64,000 bases of DNA, taken from assembly GCA_021769865.1 (NCBI GenBank), contig JAETSB010000005.1:4219-68218 (forward strand), read 5' to 3'. The notes under the pieces were generated by a model, which was not told where the DNA came from, did not search any database, and worked only from the letters and a program-made list of their open reading frames with translations. Made by a program: the position numbers and the translations under genes. Positions within the stretch are counted from its first letter, which is position 1; each line of letters begins with the position of its first letter. Positions 38,495 to 48,441 of the stretch are shown here, piece after piece. Origin of the DNA: Oscillospiraceae bacterium (lineage in GTDB: Bacteria; Bacillota; Clostridia; Oscillospirales; Oscillospiraceae).

Positions 38495-39457
38495 ATGCGC
38501 TGGCTGGAGGTACACATCGACACGAACCACGCCGGGCTGGAGACGGTCCAGACTCTGCTGTCCGGGCTGGACGTGGACGGCGTGATGATCGAGGACGAGG
38601 AAGAGTTCCAGGACTTCCTGGAGAACAACCACGAGTACTGGGACTATGTGGACGAGGACCTGGAACGCCATATGGCGGGCCGGTCCCGGATCACCTTCTA
38701 CCTGGAGGCCAGGGAGGCGGGCTTTGCCAAGCTGGGAGAGGTCCGCATCGCCCTGGAGGGCCTGAAGAAAGAGGGCCAGGACCTGGGCACCCTGCTGATG
38801 ACCCTGGAGAACGTGGAGGACGCGGACTGGGAGAACAACTGGAAGCAGTACTACAAGCCCATGGAGATCGGAAAGCGGCTGCTGGTGATCCCCCAGTGGG
38901 AGGAGGCGGACCCGGGGGACCGGGTGCCCCTCTATCTGGACCCGGGCCTCACCTTCGGCACCGGGGCCCACGCCACCACCCGGCTGTGCCTAACGGCCCT
39001 GGAGGGCCTGATCCGGGGCGGAGAGCGGGTGCTGGACCTGGGCTGCGGCAGCGGCATTTTGTCCGTGGCCGCCCTGCGGCTGGGGGCCGGGTCCGCCCTG
39101 GCGGTGGACATCGACGACAAGTGCCGGGATGCCGCCCGGGAAAACGCCGGGCTGAACGGCATCGGCCCGGAGCGGCTGGACATCCTGGTGGGGAACCTGC
39201 TGACGGACGAGACCGTGGCGGCAAAAATCGGCGGGGGCTATGATATTGTCCTGGCCAACATTGTGGCGGACGTCATCATCGCCCTGGCCCCCCGGGCCCG
39301 GGGACTGCTGAACCCCGGCGGGACCTTCCTCTGCTCCGGCGTTATCGAGGGCCGGGCGGCGGAGGTGAAGGCCGCCTTGGCCGCCCATGGACTGGAGGTC
39401 CTGGAAGAGCGGGAGGACGGCGGCTGGTATGCTTTCATAACTTCTGCGAAGTTATGA
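38495..39457 (+). CDS. prmA: Ribosomal protein L11 methyltransferase
   Basis: DWENNWKQYYKP, DPGLTFGTGAHATT, VLDLGCGSGILS. Confidence 0.93.
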   Translation: MRWLEVHIDTNHAGLETVQTLLSGLDVDGVMIEDEEEFQDFLENNHEYWDYVDEDLERHMAGRSRITFYLEAREAGFAKLGEVRIALEGLKKEGQDLGTLLMTLENVEDADWENNWKQYYKPMEIGKRLLVIPQWEEADPGDRVPLYLDPGLTFGTGAHATTRLCLTALEGLIRGGERVLDLGCGSGILSVAALRLGAGSALAVDIDDKCRDAARENAGLNGIGPERLDILVGNLLTDETVAAKIGGGYDIVLANIVADVIIALAPRARGLLNPGGTFLCSGVIEGRAAEVKAALAAHGLEVLEEREDGGWYAFITSAKL

Positions 39458-39649
39458 AAGATTTGATTGAAATGGTGCAGGAAACCCCTCCTGGGTTTCT
39501 CTCCGCGCTAAGAGCCGCCGCCAGCGGCGGTTGCGCTCCGAAACGCGCCTGCGGGCGCAGCCGCACACACGCTTCCTTCCCGTCGAATGAATCTTCCTGA
39601 TTTCTTAGAAAACAGAGCGGGCGGACCCGAAAGGGTCCGCCCGTTTGCC

Positions 39650-40828
39650 TCACTTCTGACGGCTGTACACGGTGGTAAAGCCCATGGCGTCGATCAGGCC
39701 GGAGAGGGGGCCCCACTGGTCCCAGTTCACCTTGCCGTTCTTCTCCAGCTCGCAGGCAGTGTAGGTATCCTCCTCCCGGTCCACGCCGGTGAGGATCAGC
39801 ACCCGCTCCACAGAGTCGAACCGGATGTGAAGCACATCCCCCGCGGACAGGGTGCGGAAGTTCCGGTGCTGGGTGATGGGGGTCTCCTCGCCGAAGACGA
39901 AGTCGCTGACCGCCAGCCCGAAGGAGAGACAGCCGTGGGTGGGGCTGAATTGGGGCGCGCGGTAGTTATAACGTATGGTGTCGCTCCAGACCGTGCCGTC
40001 GGGGCAGCCCTGCTTCACCAGCTCCAGCAGCTCTTGAATATTTTCCTCGGTCCGGGACTTGCCGTTGGGGAGGCGGCCCTCCCGGCAGAGGGGCGTGGCG
40101 CGGTTGACGCGGTCCATCATCTCCTGGACCGTCTCCTCTCCCTGGAGGCCGAAGGCGGGCATGTCCTGAATCTCCACGCCCGCGTCGGGGTCCGCCGGGA
40201 CCTCCCGGGGCCCGTTGAACAGCACGTCCAGGCGGGACCAGATCACGGAGGCCTGAGCCCGGTTCAGGTGATCCTCCCCGGCGAAGCGGCCGTCGCTCCG
40301 CCCCTGGAGAAGGCCCATGGACCAGCAGGTGGAGACGGCGGTGCGGAAGCCCTCGGGAATCTCGTTCCAGTCTCCGATTTCCGGCACGGCGGCCTGGGAG
40401 GATTCTTCGCCGGGGGCCGCGCCCCGTTCGGAGGCCAGGTTGTAGAGGACCTGGGCCATGTCATAGCGAGTCAGGGGCTCGTTCACAAAGCGGTCCCAGC
40501 GCCGTCCCCGCTCCCGGTAGGCGGCCTCCACCGACGTGCCCTTGAGGACCGGGAGGCACGCCTCCATGGCCTGGTACTTCCCCTCCTCCGCGGCGGCGGT
40601 CTCCTCCGCGAGGAAGGAGCGGGAGAGCATGGCGCAGAACTGGGCGGCGGTGACCTCCCGGCCCGGCTGGAAGGAGCCGTCGCCGTAGCCGTTCACCACC
40701 CCGGCGTCCAGGGCCTGCTGAATTTCCGCCGCGGCCCAGTGGTCCGCCGGGAGGTCGTAAAAGCCCGCCGCCTGGGCCGGGAGGATCAGGCAGAGGAGGG
40801 CCAGCAGCGGCAGGAAGATCTTTTTCAT
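39650..40828 (-). CDS. Secreted S-layer homology domain protein
   Basis: Signal peptide; FYDLPADHWA..GVVNGYGDGSFQP; GLLQGRSDGRFAG..LNRAQA. Confidence 0.88.
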   Translation of the reverse strand: MKKIFLPLLALLCLILPAQAAGFYDLPADHWAAAEIQQALDAGVVNGYGDGSFQPGREVTAAQFCAMLSRSFLAEETAAAEEGKYQAMEACLPVLKGTSVEAAYRERGRRWDRFVNEPLTRYDMAQVLYNLASERGAAPGEESSQAAVPEIGDWNEIPEGFRTAVSTCWSMGLLQGRSDGRFAGEDHLNRAQASVIWSRLDVLFNGPREVPADPDAGVEIQDMPAFGLQGEETVQEMMDRVNRATPLCREGRLPNGKSRTEENIQELLELVKQGCPDGTVWSDTIRYNYRAPQFSPTHGCLSFGLAVSDFVFGEETPITQHRNFRTLSAGDVLHIRFDSVERVLILTGVDREEDTYTACELEKNGKVNWDQWGPLSGLIDAMGFTTVYSRQK

Positions 40829-40998
40829 AGACAGGGTTGCTCCTTTTCTAAAAAATTGTCTCACCATTGTAGCACGTCCGGCGGCAAAACGCAAGGGCGG
40901 CCCGTGGGAGTGTCCTCTCGCGCATTCAGATAGCAAATTGGCCGCTTTGTCAAGAGTGACAGGGCGGCTTTTTTGATGACCAGGGGGTCAGGCCCCGC

Positions 40999-43900
40999 TC
41001 AGAGGTCCACCGCCTCGCCGGGGGCGAGGAAATAGAGCACACGGCGGGCGACGGGCCGTCCCAGGACCCGAGCCAGGGCCAGGCTGTACGCCTTCAGCTG
41101 GGGACGGTAGACCTCCGAGCGGTCCCGGACCTCTTCGGCGGTGAAGACGCGGTCGGTCTTGAAGTCGACCACAGTCAGGCCTCCCGGCCCCTCGAAGCAC
41201 AGGTCCGCCACGCCCTGGAGGAGGATGGCGTCCTCCTCCGACGCCTGGGGGTCGTATTCCCGGGCGGGGACCAGGAGGGTGAAGCGATACTCCCGGAGAA
41301 CCTGGGGGCTTTGGCGGACCTCCTCCGCCAGAGGGGAGGCCAGGAGGCGCTCCAGGGCGGGAACGTCCACCGCCTGGGACTGCTGGGGGGTGAGGAGGCC
41401 CTTTTGCTCCAGGGCGGCGACCTGGGCAGGGACGGCGGGGTCTCCGAAGTCCAGGTGCTGGAGGACCAAATGGGTGGCGGAGCCCCGCTCGGCGGGGGTG
41501 AGGCCCTTTTGTTCCCGGCGGAAGAGGGGCTGGGAGAGGGGGCGGAGGTAGGGAGTGTGGGCGGCGGCGGAGTAGCCCTTTAACTGGGTGGCCGTCAGCT
41601 TGGCGGGGAGGGCGCTCTCCCGGCGGTAGGGGTATTTAAAGGAGAGAAGGGCCGGGTCGAAGGGGGTTCCCCCGGCGGCGGCCTCCGCCCCGGCGAGGCC
41701 GGGGCGGGCGGGGACGTCCCGATACTCCGCGGCGTCGTGGAGGAAAATCTCCCAGGGGGCCCCGGGGCAGGGGGATGTGGAGACCTCCGCGTTCGCCAGA
41801 GCCCGGAGGGGCTCCGCCTCCGGGCGGCAGAGCAGGGGCAGCAGCAGCCACTCGCCAAAGGTCCGGCAGGCGGACACGGCCTCCGGCGCCGCGGGAAGGG
41901 AGGCGGAAGCCGCCAGACGCTGGAGGCGGGTCTGGGCGAAGTAGAGGGAGTCCACGAGGATCAGCTTTTCCTTGGGGCGGGTCATGGCCACATAGAGGAC
42001 CCGCTGCTCCTCCGCCAGGTTCTCCCGGCGGAGGGTCTCCTCAATGGCGGCGCGGGCCAGGGTGGGGTAGCGGATTTTCCGCTTTAAATCTACCCGGCGG
42101 GGGCCCAGGCCCAGAGAGGGGTGCACCAGGACGGAGGCGTCGAAGTCCTGGCGGGAGAAGGCGTGGTCCAGGTCCGCCAGAATGACGATGGGGAACTCCA
42201 GGCCCTTGGACTTGTGGATGCTCATGAGGCGGACGCCGCCGGCCCCGGAGGCGGCGGAGGCGGAGGGGGCCTCCCCCGCCTCCAGCAGGCGGCGGAGCCG
42301 GGCGACAAAGGCGAAGAGGCCCCGGCAGCCGCCGGATTCGAATTTCTCCGCCTGGCGGGCCAGGGAGATCAGGTTCTCCCGGCGCTCCAGGCCGCAGTCC
42401 ATGGCCCCATAGAGGCCCAGGAGGTTCAGCGTGTTGTAGATATGCCAGAGGAGGCGGTGGACGCTCATATCCCGGGCCGAGAGGCGGAGGGCGTTCAGAG
42501 TTTCCAGAAAGGCGGCGCAGTCCGGTTCCGCCGAGGCGGCCACGGCCTCGTAGAAGTCGCCGTCGGGGGCGGCGGCGCGGATCTCCGCCAGGCGGTCCGG
42601 CGTGAAGCCGAAGATGGGGGAGCGGAGGACGGAGATCAGGGGCACGTCCTGACGGGGATTGTCGATGAGCTCCAGCAGGGCCACGGCGGTGGAAACCTCT
42701 ATGGTCTCGAAAAAGCCGGACTGCTCCTGGAAGGAGCAGGGAATGTCCCGCTCCGCCAGGGCGGCGGCGAAGGCCGCCGTGCGGGTCCCGGGGGAACGCA
42801 TGAGGATGACAATATCCTCCGGCTTGCAGGGGCGGAGAGAGCCGTCGGGGTCCGTGACGGGGAAGCCTTCGTCCAGCAATTGGCGGATGCGGCGGGCCAC
42901 GAAGCGGGCCTCGGCGGTGAGCTTCTTGACGGGACGGGGGTCCTCCGCCGACTTCTGGCGGGCGGTGAGGAGGTGGAACTCCGTCCGGCAGTCCGCCCGG
43001 GGCGGGTAGTAAGCCGCGCCGAAGTGAAGGGAGGCGTCCTCGCCGTATTCAAGGTCGCCCATTTCAACGGAGAGTATATTTTCAAAGACGAAGTTGGCGG
43101 CGTTCAGAATCTCCTGGCGGGAACGGAAGTTCTGAGAGAGGGTAATTTTTCGGTCCTCGCCGTCCGCCGCCTCCGTGTGGGGCTTGAAGGCGGCGTACTT
43201 CCGGAGGAAGATGGTGGGGTCCGCCAGGCGGAAGCGGTAGATGCTCTGCTTGACGTCGCCCACGGTGAAGAGGTTTTTGCCCTCCTTGGAGACGGCGCGG
43301 AAGATGGCGTTTTGGACCTCGTTGGTGTCCTGGTACTCGTCCACCAGAATTTCCGCATAGCGGGCGGAGACCTGCTCGCCCAGCTCCGTGGGGGTCCCGC
43401 CGGGGCTTACCAGGAGGGTCAGGGCCAGGTGCTCCTGGTCGGAGAAGTCCGCGGCGTTCAGGCGGAGCTTTTCCAAGCGGAAGGCGGCGGAGAAGTCCGC
43501 CGTCAGGTCCAGCAGGGCCAGCATGGCGGGCGCCACGGCCCGGAGGTCCTCCAGGGCCTCGTCTCCGGCGACGTCCAGCCAGGCTTGAAGGGGTTTCAGG
43601 GCAGACTTGGCGGCCTCCCAGGTCTGCTTCAGGGAGACCAGCAGGGGGTCCTCCTTCCGGCCCCTGGGGGTGGTGAGGCGGGGGAAGGGGATAGAGGCCG
43701 CCAGGTCCCGGGCGGAGGCCCAGTCCGGGGCCTGGCTCAGGGCGTGGAAGCCTTGGGAGGACTCCAGGAACTTCGCGCCGTAGCCGGATTCCAGGGCGGG
43801 GTCGCTCTCGGTGCGCTCCGCGCCCCGGCGGAGCTGGTCCGCCCAGTGGGCGGCCCGGCGGCGGATGGAAGTCAGAAGGACCTGGGCGTAGGGGGTGGCG

Positions 43901-44529
43901 TCAAAGCTGGGGGCGGGCGCCTCCCAGGCGGTTCGGCTCTGGAGGAGCCAGGCTTCGGGGGAGGCGTGGCTCTGGAGCTTGTCAAAGAGGTCCAGGACCA
44001 GCTCCGCCAGGGCGCTGTCGTCCCGGCCCGCCCCCAGGGTATCCGCCAGCTGTTCCCCGCCGGGGGTGAGGGATTCGTAGAATTGGGAGAGGACCCGGTC
44101 CAGGACGCGGCGGCGGATCAGGGCGGCCTCGCCGTCGTCCAGCACCCGGAAGTCCGGGGTCAGGGCGTGCTGGTCCTCCTCCCGGGCCAGGAGGTGGGTG
44201 TTCTCCCGGAGAAGGGCCGTGCAGAAGGCGTCCACCGTTTTGATGTCCGCTTGATAGACCCGGAGGAGCTGACGGCGGAGGTGGGCGTTGGAGGGGTCGT
44301 CTCCCAGGCGGCGGGAGAGCTCGGCGGCGATCTTGCCCCGAAGCTCCGCGGCGGCGGCCCGGGTGTAGGTGATGATGAGAAAGTCGTCGATGTTGTGGCG
44401 CTCCTCCGTCACATAGCGGAAGAGGCGGTCCACCAGGACCCGGGTCTTGCCAGAGCCGGCGGCGGCGGAGACCAGGAGGCTGCCGCCCCGGTTCTCTACG
44501 GCGGCTTGCTGCTGGGGGGTGAGGGGCAT
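40999..44529 (-). CDS. addA: Helicase-nuclease AddA
   Basis: AAAGSGKT, VDEYQD, GDVKQSIYRFR, SIHKSKGLEF, LYVAMTR, nuclease GVAD..VDFKTD. Confidence 0.95.
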   Translation of the reverse strand: MPLTPQQQAAVENRGGSLLVSAAAGSGKTRVLVDRLFRYVTEERHNIDDFLIITYTRAAAAELRGKIAAELSRRLGDDPSNAHLRRQLLRVYQADIKTVDAFCTALLRENTHLLAREEDQHALTPDFRVLDDGEAALIRRRVLDRVLSQFYESLTPGGEQLADTLGAGRDDSALAELVLDLFDKLQSHASPEAWLLQSRTAWEAPAPSFDATPYAQVLLTSIRRRAAHWADQLRRGAERTESDPALESGYGAKFLESSQGFHALSQAPDWASARDLAASIPFPRLTTPRGRKEDPLLVSLKQTWEAAKSALKPLQAWLDVAGDEALEDLRAVAPAMLALLDLTADFSAAFRLEKLRLNAADFSDQEHLALTLLVSPGGTPTELGEQVSARYAEILVDEYQDTNEVQNAIFRAVSKEGKNLFTVGDVKQSIYRFRLADPTIFLRKYAAFKPHTEAADGEDRKITLSQNFRSRQEILNAANFVFENILSVEMGDLEYGEDASLHFGAAYYPPRADCRTEFHLLTARQKSAEDPRPVKKLTAEARFVARRIRQLLDEGFPVTDPDGSLRPCKPEDIVILMRSPGTRTAAFAAALAERDIPCSFQEQSGFFETIEVSTAVALLELIDNPRQDVPLISVLRSPIFGFTPDRLAEIRAAAPDGDFYEAVAASAEPDCAAFLETLNALRLSARDMSVHRLLWHIYNTLNLLGLYGAMDCGLERRENLISLARQAEKFESGGCRGLFAFVARLRRLLEAGEAPSASAASGAGGVRLMSIHKSKGLEFPIVILADLDHAFSRQDFDASVLVHPSLGLGPRRVDLKRKIRYPTLARAAIEETLRRENLAEEQRVLYVAMTRPKEKLILVDSLYFAQTRLQRLAASASLPAAPEAVSACRTFGEWLLLPLLCRPEAEPLRALANAEVSTSPCPGAPWEIFLHDAAEYRDVPARPGLAGAEAAAGGTPFDPALLSFKYPYRRESALPAKLTATQLKGYSAAAHTPYLRPLSQPLFRREQKGLTPAERGSATHLVLQHLDFGDPAVPAQVAALEQKGLLTPQQSQAVDVPALERLLASPLAEEVRQSPQVLREYRFTLLVPAREYDPQASEEDAILLQGVADLCFEGPGGLTVVDFKTDRVFTAEEVRDRSEVYRPQLKAYSLALARVLGRPVARRVLYFLAPGEAVDL

Positions 44530-44530
44530 G

Positions 44531-47500
44531 TCAGTCCGCCTCCTTTCCTTCAATTTCCCGCCAGAACTCCTCCGGCTTCACCGGGAGGATGTAGGTCAGA
44601 CGGTCGCCGTCCCGGCCGTCCTGGAAGTGGCAGGCGGGGGCCCACTCACAGTAGCGGCAGGGGCTGTCTTCCTCCGTGTGGCAGCAGGGGTCCGCGTCGA
44701 TGTTCCCCCGGCGGACCTCCCCGGCGATGTCGTGGAGCAGGGTCTCCACGTATTGGCCCAGCTTCCCCAGCTGGGCGGCGGAGGCCAGGCTCCCGGAGAG
44801 ATTCCCGCTCTTGTTCACCCGGAGGGGGAGGTAGCGGGGCTCGGTGAGAGCCTCGTGCTCCATGGCCTGGAGGACCTGGGGCTCCGCCAGGAGCAGGCCG
44901 GAACGGCGGAGCTGCTTTTCCCGCTCCGCCTGGAGCTTCTCCGGGGGGATGTTCCGCTGGGCAGTGAGAATGTCGTCCCGGGCGGGAAGGTACAGGACCC
45001 CGGCGGGCTCGATCTGGGCGCCGAAGCGGGCGGCGCCGGTTTTCTGGAGGGTGAAGAGATACAGCAGCATCTGGATGTCCAGGCCCATGCGGACCGCCGA
45101 GAGGTCGAAGGATTTCTTGCCGGACTTGTAGTCCACCACCCGGAGGTAGAGCTTCCCGTCCTTCAGCCAGCCGTCCACCCGGTCCACCTTGCCCCCTACC
45201 CGGAGCTCGCCGTCCGGCTCCGAGACCACCACGGCGGGGAGGTCCTTTCCGTCCCCGAAGGAGAGCTCGAAGGCCAGGGGAACAAAGTCGGAACAGCGGA
45301 GTTCCTCCGCCGCCTGGTCGATGACCGCGTAGGCCGTGTTCCGGAGACGGGCGAAGAGGTAGCGGAAGCGGGCGTTCCGGTTTTGGAAGTTGCGGAGCTC
45401 CTGTTGGACGTACTCGTCGATGTATTTCCGGATGAGGGCGTGAAGGGCCTCCTGGTCCACCTGGGCGAACCCCCCCAGGGATTGCACGTCACGAGTGACC
45501 CGCTCCAGGAGAAAGTGGAGGAAGGTGCCGATCTGGGGGGCGTCAAAGGCGGCGGGGGTCCGGGGCCGGGCCTTGAGGCCGTACTCCATGAAGTAGGAGA
45601 AGTGGCAGGTGCGGATGCGCTCCAGGCGGGAGGCGGTCATGCTGACCCGCTCCCCGTAGAGGGCCCGGACGGCCCGGGGGGACAGGGAGCCCCGGGTCTG
45701 GGCGGCGGCCCGGGCCATGGCCTCCAGCCGGGGGCGGAAGACGGGCTCCTCCTCCAGGTGCTTCCAGAGGGTCCCGCCGGGGACGGCGGCCTCCAGGGCG
45801 GGGAGGGGGGCGGTCAGGCGGTAGGGCTTCTCGGCGGGTTCCCGTTCCACCCGGAGGGCCGGGAACAGGGCCAGCAGGCGGTCTACCACGAAGGCGGGGC
45901 GGAGCTCGGCTCCGGAGACGTCCGTGACGGGCCAGCTCACCGTCAGGCCCTCGGTGGGCTGGGCCAGAGCCGCGTAGAGGTTCTGGAGCTCAATGCCCAT
46001 CTGATCCATGCCGGTGGGGGCCAGCTCCATGCCCCGCCGGGAGAGCTCCGCCCGGTCGTCCTCGTTTAAAATGCCGCCGCCCTGGCCGGGGGTGGGGAGG
46101 ACGTGGTCGTTGGCCCCCAGGAGAAAGAGGTATTTGGCGGTGTGGCGGTCGTTCCGGGCAACGCCCGAGACCTGGACCTGGTCCAGGGAGACGGGGATGG
46201 TGCCCACGCTGTACTCCGTCAGCACCTGCCGGAAGAGGCGGGTGAACTCCTCCAGCTCCATGGGTTCGTCCCCCACGATCTCCACAAACTGGTCCAGCAC
46301 GCCGCAGAGGATTTCCCAGAGCTGGGCGGTCTCCTCCGCCTCTTGGAGGCGGCCCGCCTGGACCTGGGACCGCATCTGGGCCTCCAGGGCGTCTTGGAGG
46401 CTCAGCTCCTCCATGAAGTCATAGAGGGCGTTCACCTTGGCGGCGGCGGTCTCGCCGGTTTTCAGGCCCTCCGCCAGGCGGGAGAGAGGGGCCTGGACCC
46501 GGCGGCGCAGAGCGTTGACCCGGGCCAGACGGGCCTCCCGGGCGGGGGTCCAGGGGGCCCCGTAGCCGTCGGGGTTCTCCGCCCAGTCCACATCCCGCAG
46601 CCACATGCCGCCGTGGACCTCCCACTTGAGAACGTAGTTCTCCAGCTCGTCGCACTCCTCCGGCTGAAGGCCCGCCAGGCCGGTTTTCAGCCAGCGGAAC
46701 ATGTCGTCGTACTCATAGCCTTCGCCCGCCGAGGCCAGGACCCCGGTGAGGAGGCTCAGGACCGGCTTTTCCAGGATGTCGCTGCGGCGGCTGAGGTAGG
46801 CGGGAATTTCATAGCGTTCAAACACGGTCTCGATGACGGGCTCGTAGACTTCGATGTTCCGGGCGGCTACGGTAATGTCCCGGCAGCGGCACTTCCCCTC
46901 CGCCAGGAGGCGGCGGATGGAGGCGGCGGTCTGTTCTACCTCGGAAAAGACCGTGTCCGCCTGGAGGAGGCGGACTTGGGAGGAATCGCCTTCGTAGGGG
47001 ACGGAGGCGCCGAAGAAATGGCGCTCCAAATGGCCCAGGGCGGAAGCGTCCTGGCTGGTCAGCGTTTCGATTTGGACGGGCTTCCCCTCCCGCTCCGCCA
47101 GGCGGCGGAGGCGCTCCAGGGTGCGGAGGGACGCCTCGAAAATTTCCTCCCGGCTGTTGGGCTCCCCCAGGAGGGTGACGGTGAGGGAGTGGGCCTGGCG
47201 AAGGAGAATCGAGAGGCAGCGGCGCTCCTGGGCGGTGAAGTAGGTGAAGCCGTCGATGTAGATATCCTTGTTTAGAGCGTAGCCGGAGGCTTCCAGGCTG
47301 TCGCAGAGTTTCGTCATCCGGTCCCGCGCGTCCAGGCCGGGGCGGAGGAGGCGGGCCTCATAGGCGGCGTAGAGAAGGCTCAGGTCCCGGAGTTTGTCAC
47401 GGGTGGCCCCGGAGATGGCCTGGGACTGCTCGTAGAGAAGCTCGGGGGAGACCTCGTAGCACCGCAGCTCGTCGAAGAGGTCCAGAAGCTGGCGGAGAAA

Positions 47501-47839
47501 GGCGGACTTCCGGGAGGGGCGGCGGTAGACCGTCAGCTCCGGGAGGACCTCCAGCAGGGCCTTTTCCAGGGTCAGGAGCTTGCCCCCCGCGTCCAGGGTC
47601 ACCTGGGCCGCGCCGCCGGTGATGGAGAGGACCCGGTCCGAGAGGCGGCGGAAGCTCAGCACCTCCGCGAAACGACTGGCCGCGTCGCCGCAGGCGCGGC
47701 AGAGGTCGATCTCCGCCTGGTGGGAGGCGTGCTCCGGCACCAGGAGAATCTGGTCCCGTCCGCCGGGATGGGCGGCGATGCGGTCCAGCACCGCCTGGGA
47801 TTTGCCGGTCTTGGCCCGGCCGGTCAGCAGCGTCAGCAT
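44531..47839 (-). CDS. addB: Helicase-nuclease AddB
   Basis: GRAKTGKS, LVPEH, GKVDRVD..VDYKSG, C-terminal Fe-S cysteines CRYCEWAPAC. Confidence 0.93.
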   Translation of the reverse strand: MLTLLTGRAKTGKSQAVLDRIAAHPGGRDQILLVPEHASHQAEIDLCRACGDAASRFAEVLSFRRLSDRVLSITGGAAQVTLDAGGKLLTLEKALLEVLPELTVYRRPSRKSAFLRQLLDLFDELRCYEVSPELLYEQSQAISGATRDKLRDLSLLYAAYEARLLRPGLDARDRMTKLCDSLEASGYALNKDIYIDGFTYFTAQERRCLSILLRQAHSLTVTLLGEPNSREEIFEASLRTLERLRRLAEREGKPVQIETLTSQDASALGHLERHFFGASVPYEGDSSQVRLLQADTVFSEVEQTAASIRRLLAEGKCRCRDITVAARNIEVYEPVIETVFERYEIPAYLSRRSDILEKPVLSLLTGVLASAGEGYEYDDMFRWLKTGLAGLQPEECDELENYVLKWEVHGGMWLRDVDWAENPDGYGAPWTPAREARLARVNALRRRVQAPLSRLAEGLKTGETAAAKVNALYDFMEELSLQDALEAQMRSQVQAGRLQEAEETAQLWEILCGVLDQFVEIVGDEPMELEEFTRLFRQVLTEYSVGTIPVSLDQVQVSGVARNDRHTAKYLFLLGANDHVLPTPGQGGGILNEDDRAELSRRGMELAPTGMDQMGIELQNLYAALAQPTEGLTVSWPVTDVSGAELRPAFVVDRLLALFPALRVEREPAEKPYRLTAPLPALEAAVPGGTLWKHLEEEPVFRPRLEAMARAAAQTRGSLSPRAVRALYGERVSMTASRLERIRTCHFSYFMEYGLKARPRTPAAFDAPQIGTFLHFLLERVTRDVQSLGGFAQVDQEALHALIRKYIDEYVQQELRNFQNRNARFRYLFARLRNTAYAVIDQAAEELRCSDFVPLAFELSFGDGKDLPAVVVSEPDGELRVGGKVDRVDGWLKDGKLYLRVVDYKSGKKSFDLSAVRMGLDIQMLLYLFTLQKTGAARFGAQIEPAGVLYLPARDDILTAQRNIPPEKLQAEREKQLRRSGLLLAEPQVLQAMEHEALTEPRYLPLRVNKSGNLSGSLASAAQLGKLGQYVETLLHDIAGEVRRGNIDADPCCHTEEDSPCRYCEWAPACHFQDGRDGDRLTYILPVKPEEFWREIEGKEAD

Positions 47840-47979
47840 GGATGCGCCTCCTTGGACAGCGTTTCTTGTCGAACAGTATACCATGATTCCGGGGCGGGCG
47901 GGAGAAAAATTTTTTCGGGGTGTATGCAAATGTGCAACTAAGCCGGAAGATCTCCGGGAGTTGTGAGGGGGAGTGCGAA

Positions 47980-48441
47980 ATGGAACGGGGAACATGGCTG
48001 AGGGAGTTCTGCGCCGCGTACCTGCGGACGATGGACCCGGAACAGGCGGCGGAGGCGGCGGGGCGGGAGGACGGCTTCGCCGCGCTGGCCCTGAAGAGTG
48101 TCCGGCGGCGGCTGGAAAAAATGCGGGGCGCGGCGGCCGGGGAGCTGCGGCGGGAGGACGCCCTCCGGCGGCTGGCCCAGCTGGCCTTCGGCCGGGCCAA
48201 CGACGCGGCGCGGCTGGCGCTGGCGCCGAAGGAGGTGGACCCGGAGGCGCTGGACCTCTCCGCCGTGGCGGAGATCAAAGTCACGGACAAGGGGGGCGTG
48301 GAGGTGAAGCTGGTGGACCGGGTGCGGGCCCTGGAAACCCTCTGCGGCCTTCTGGGAGAGAACGGAGGCGGCGGGGCCGAGGAGCTGTACCGGGCCCTGG
48401 AGGACGCCGCCGGGCAGCTGGAGGAGACCTATGGCGGGTAG
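47980..48441 (+). CDS. Terminase small subunit-like protein
   Basis: LAQLAFG..AVAEIKVTDKGGVEVKLVDRVRALE; overlaps the terL start. Confidence 0.7.
   Translation: MERGTWLREFCAAYLRTMDPEQAAEAAGREDGFAALALKSVRRRLEKMRGAAAGELRREDALRRLAQLAFGRANDAARLALAPKEVDPEALDLSAVAEIKVTDKGGVEVKLVDRVRALETLCGLLGENGGGGAEELYRALEDAAGQLEETYGG

Noticed and set aside
39500-39646. GC hairpins after prmA (gccgccgccagcggcgg.., gcgcctgcgggcgc)
   Set aside because: REP-like in appearance, but only one copy is in the window, so it cannot be supported as a repeat family.
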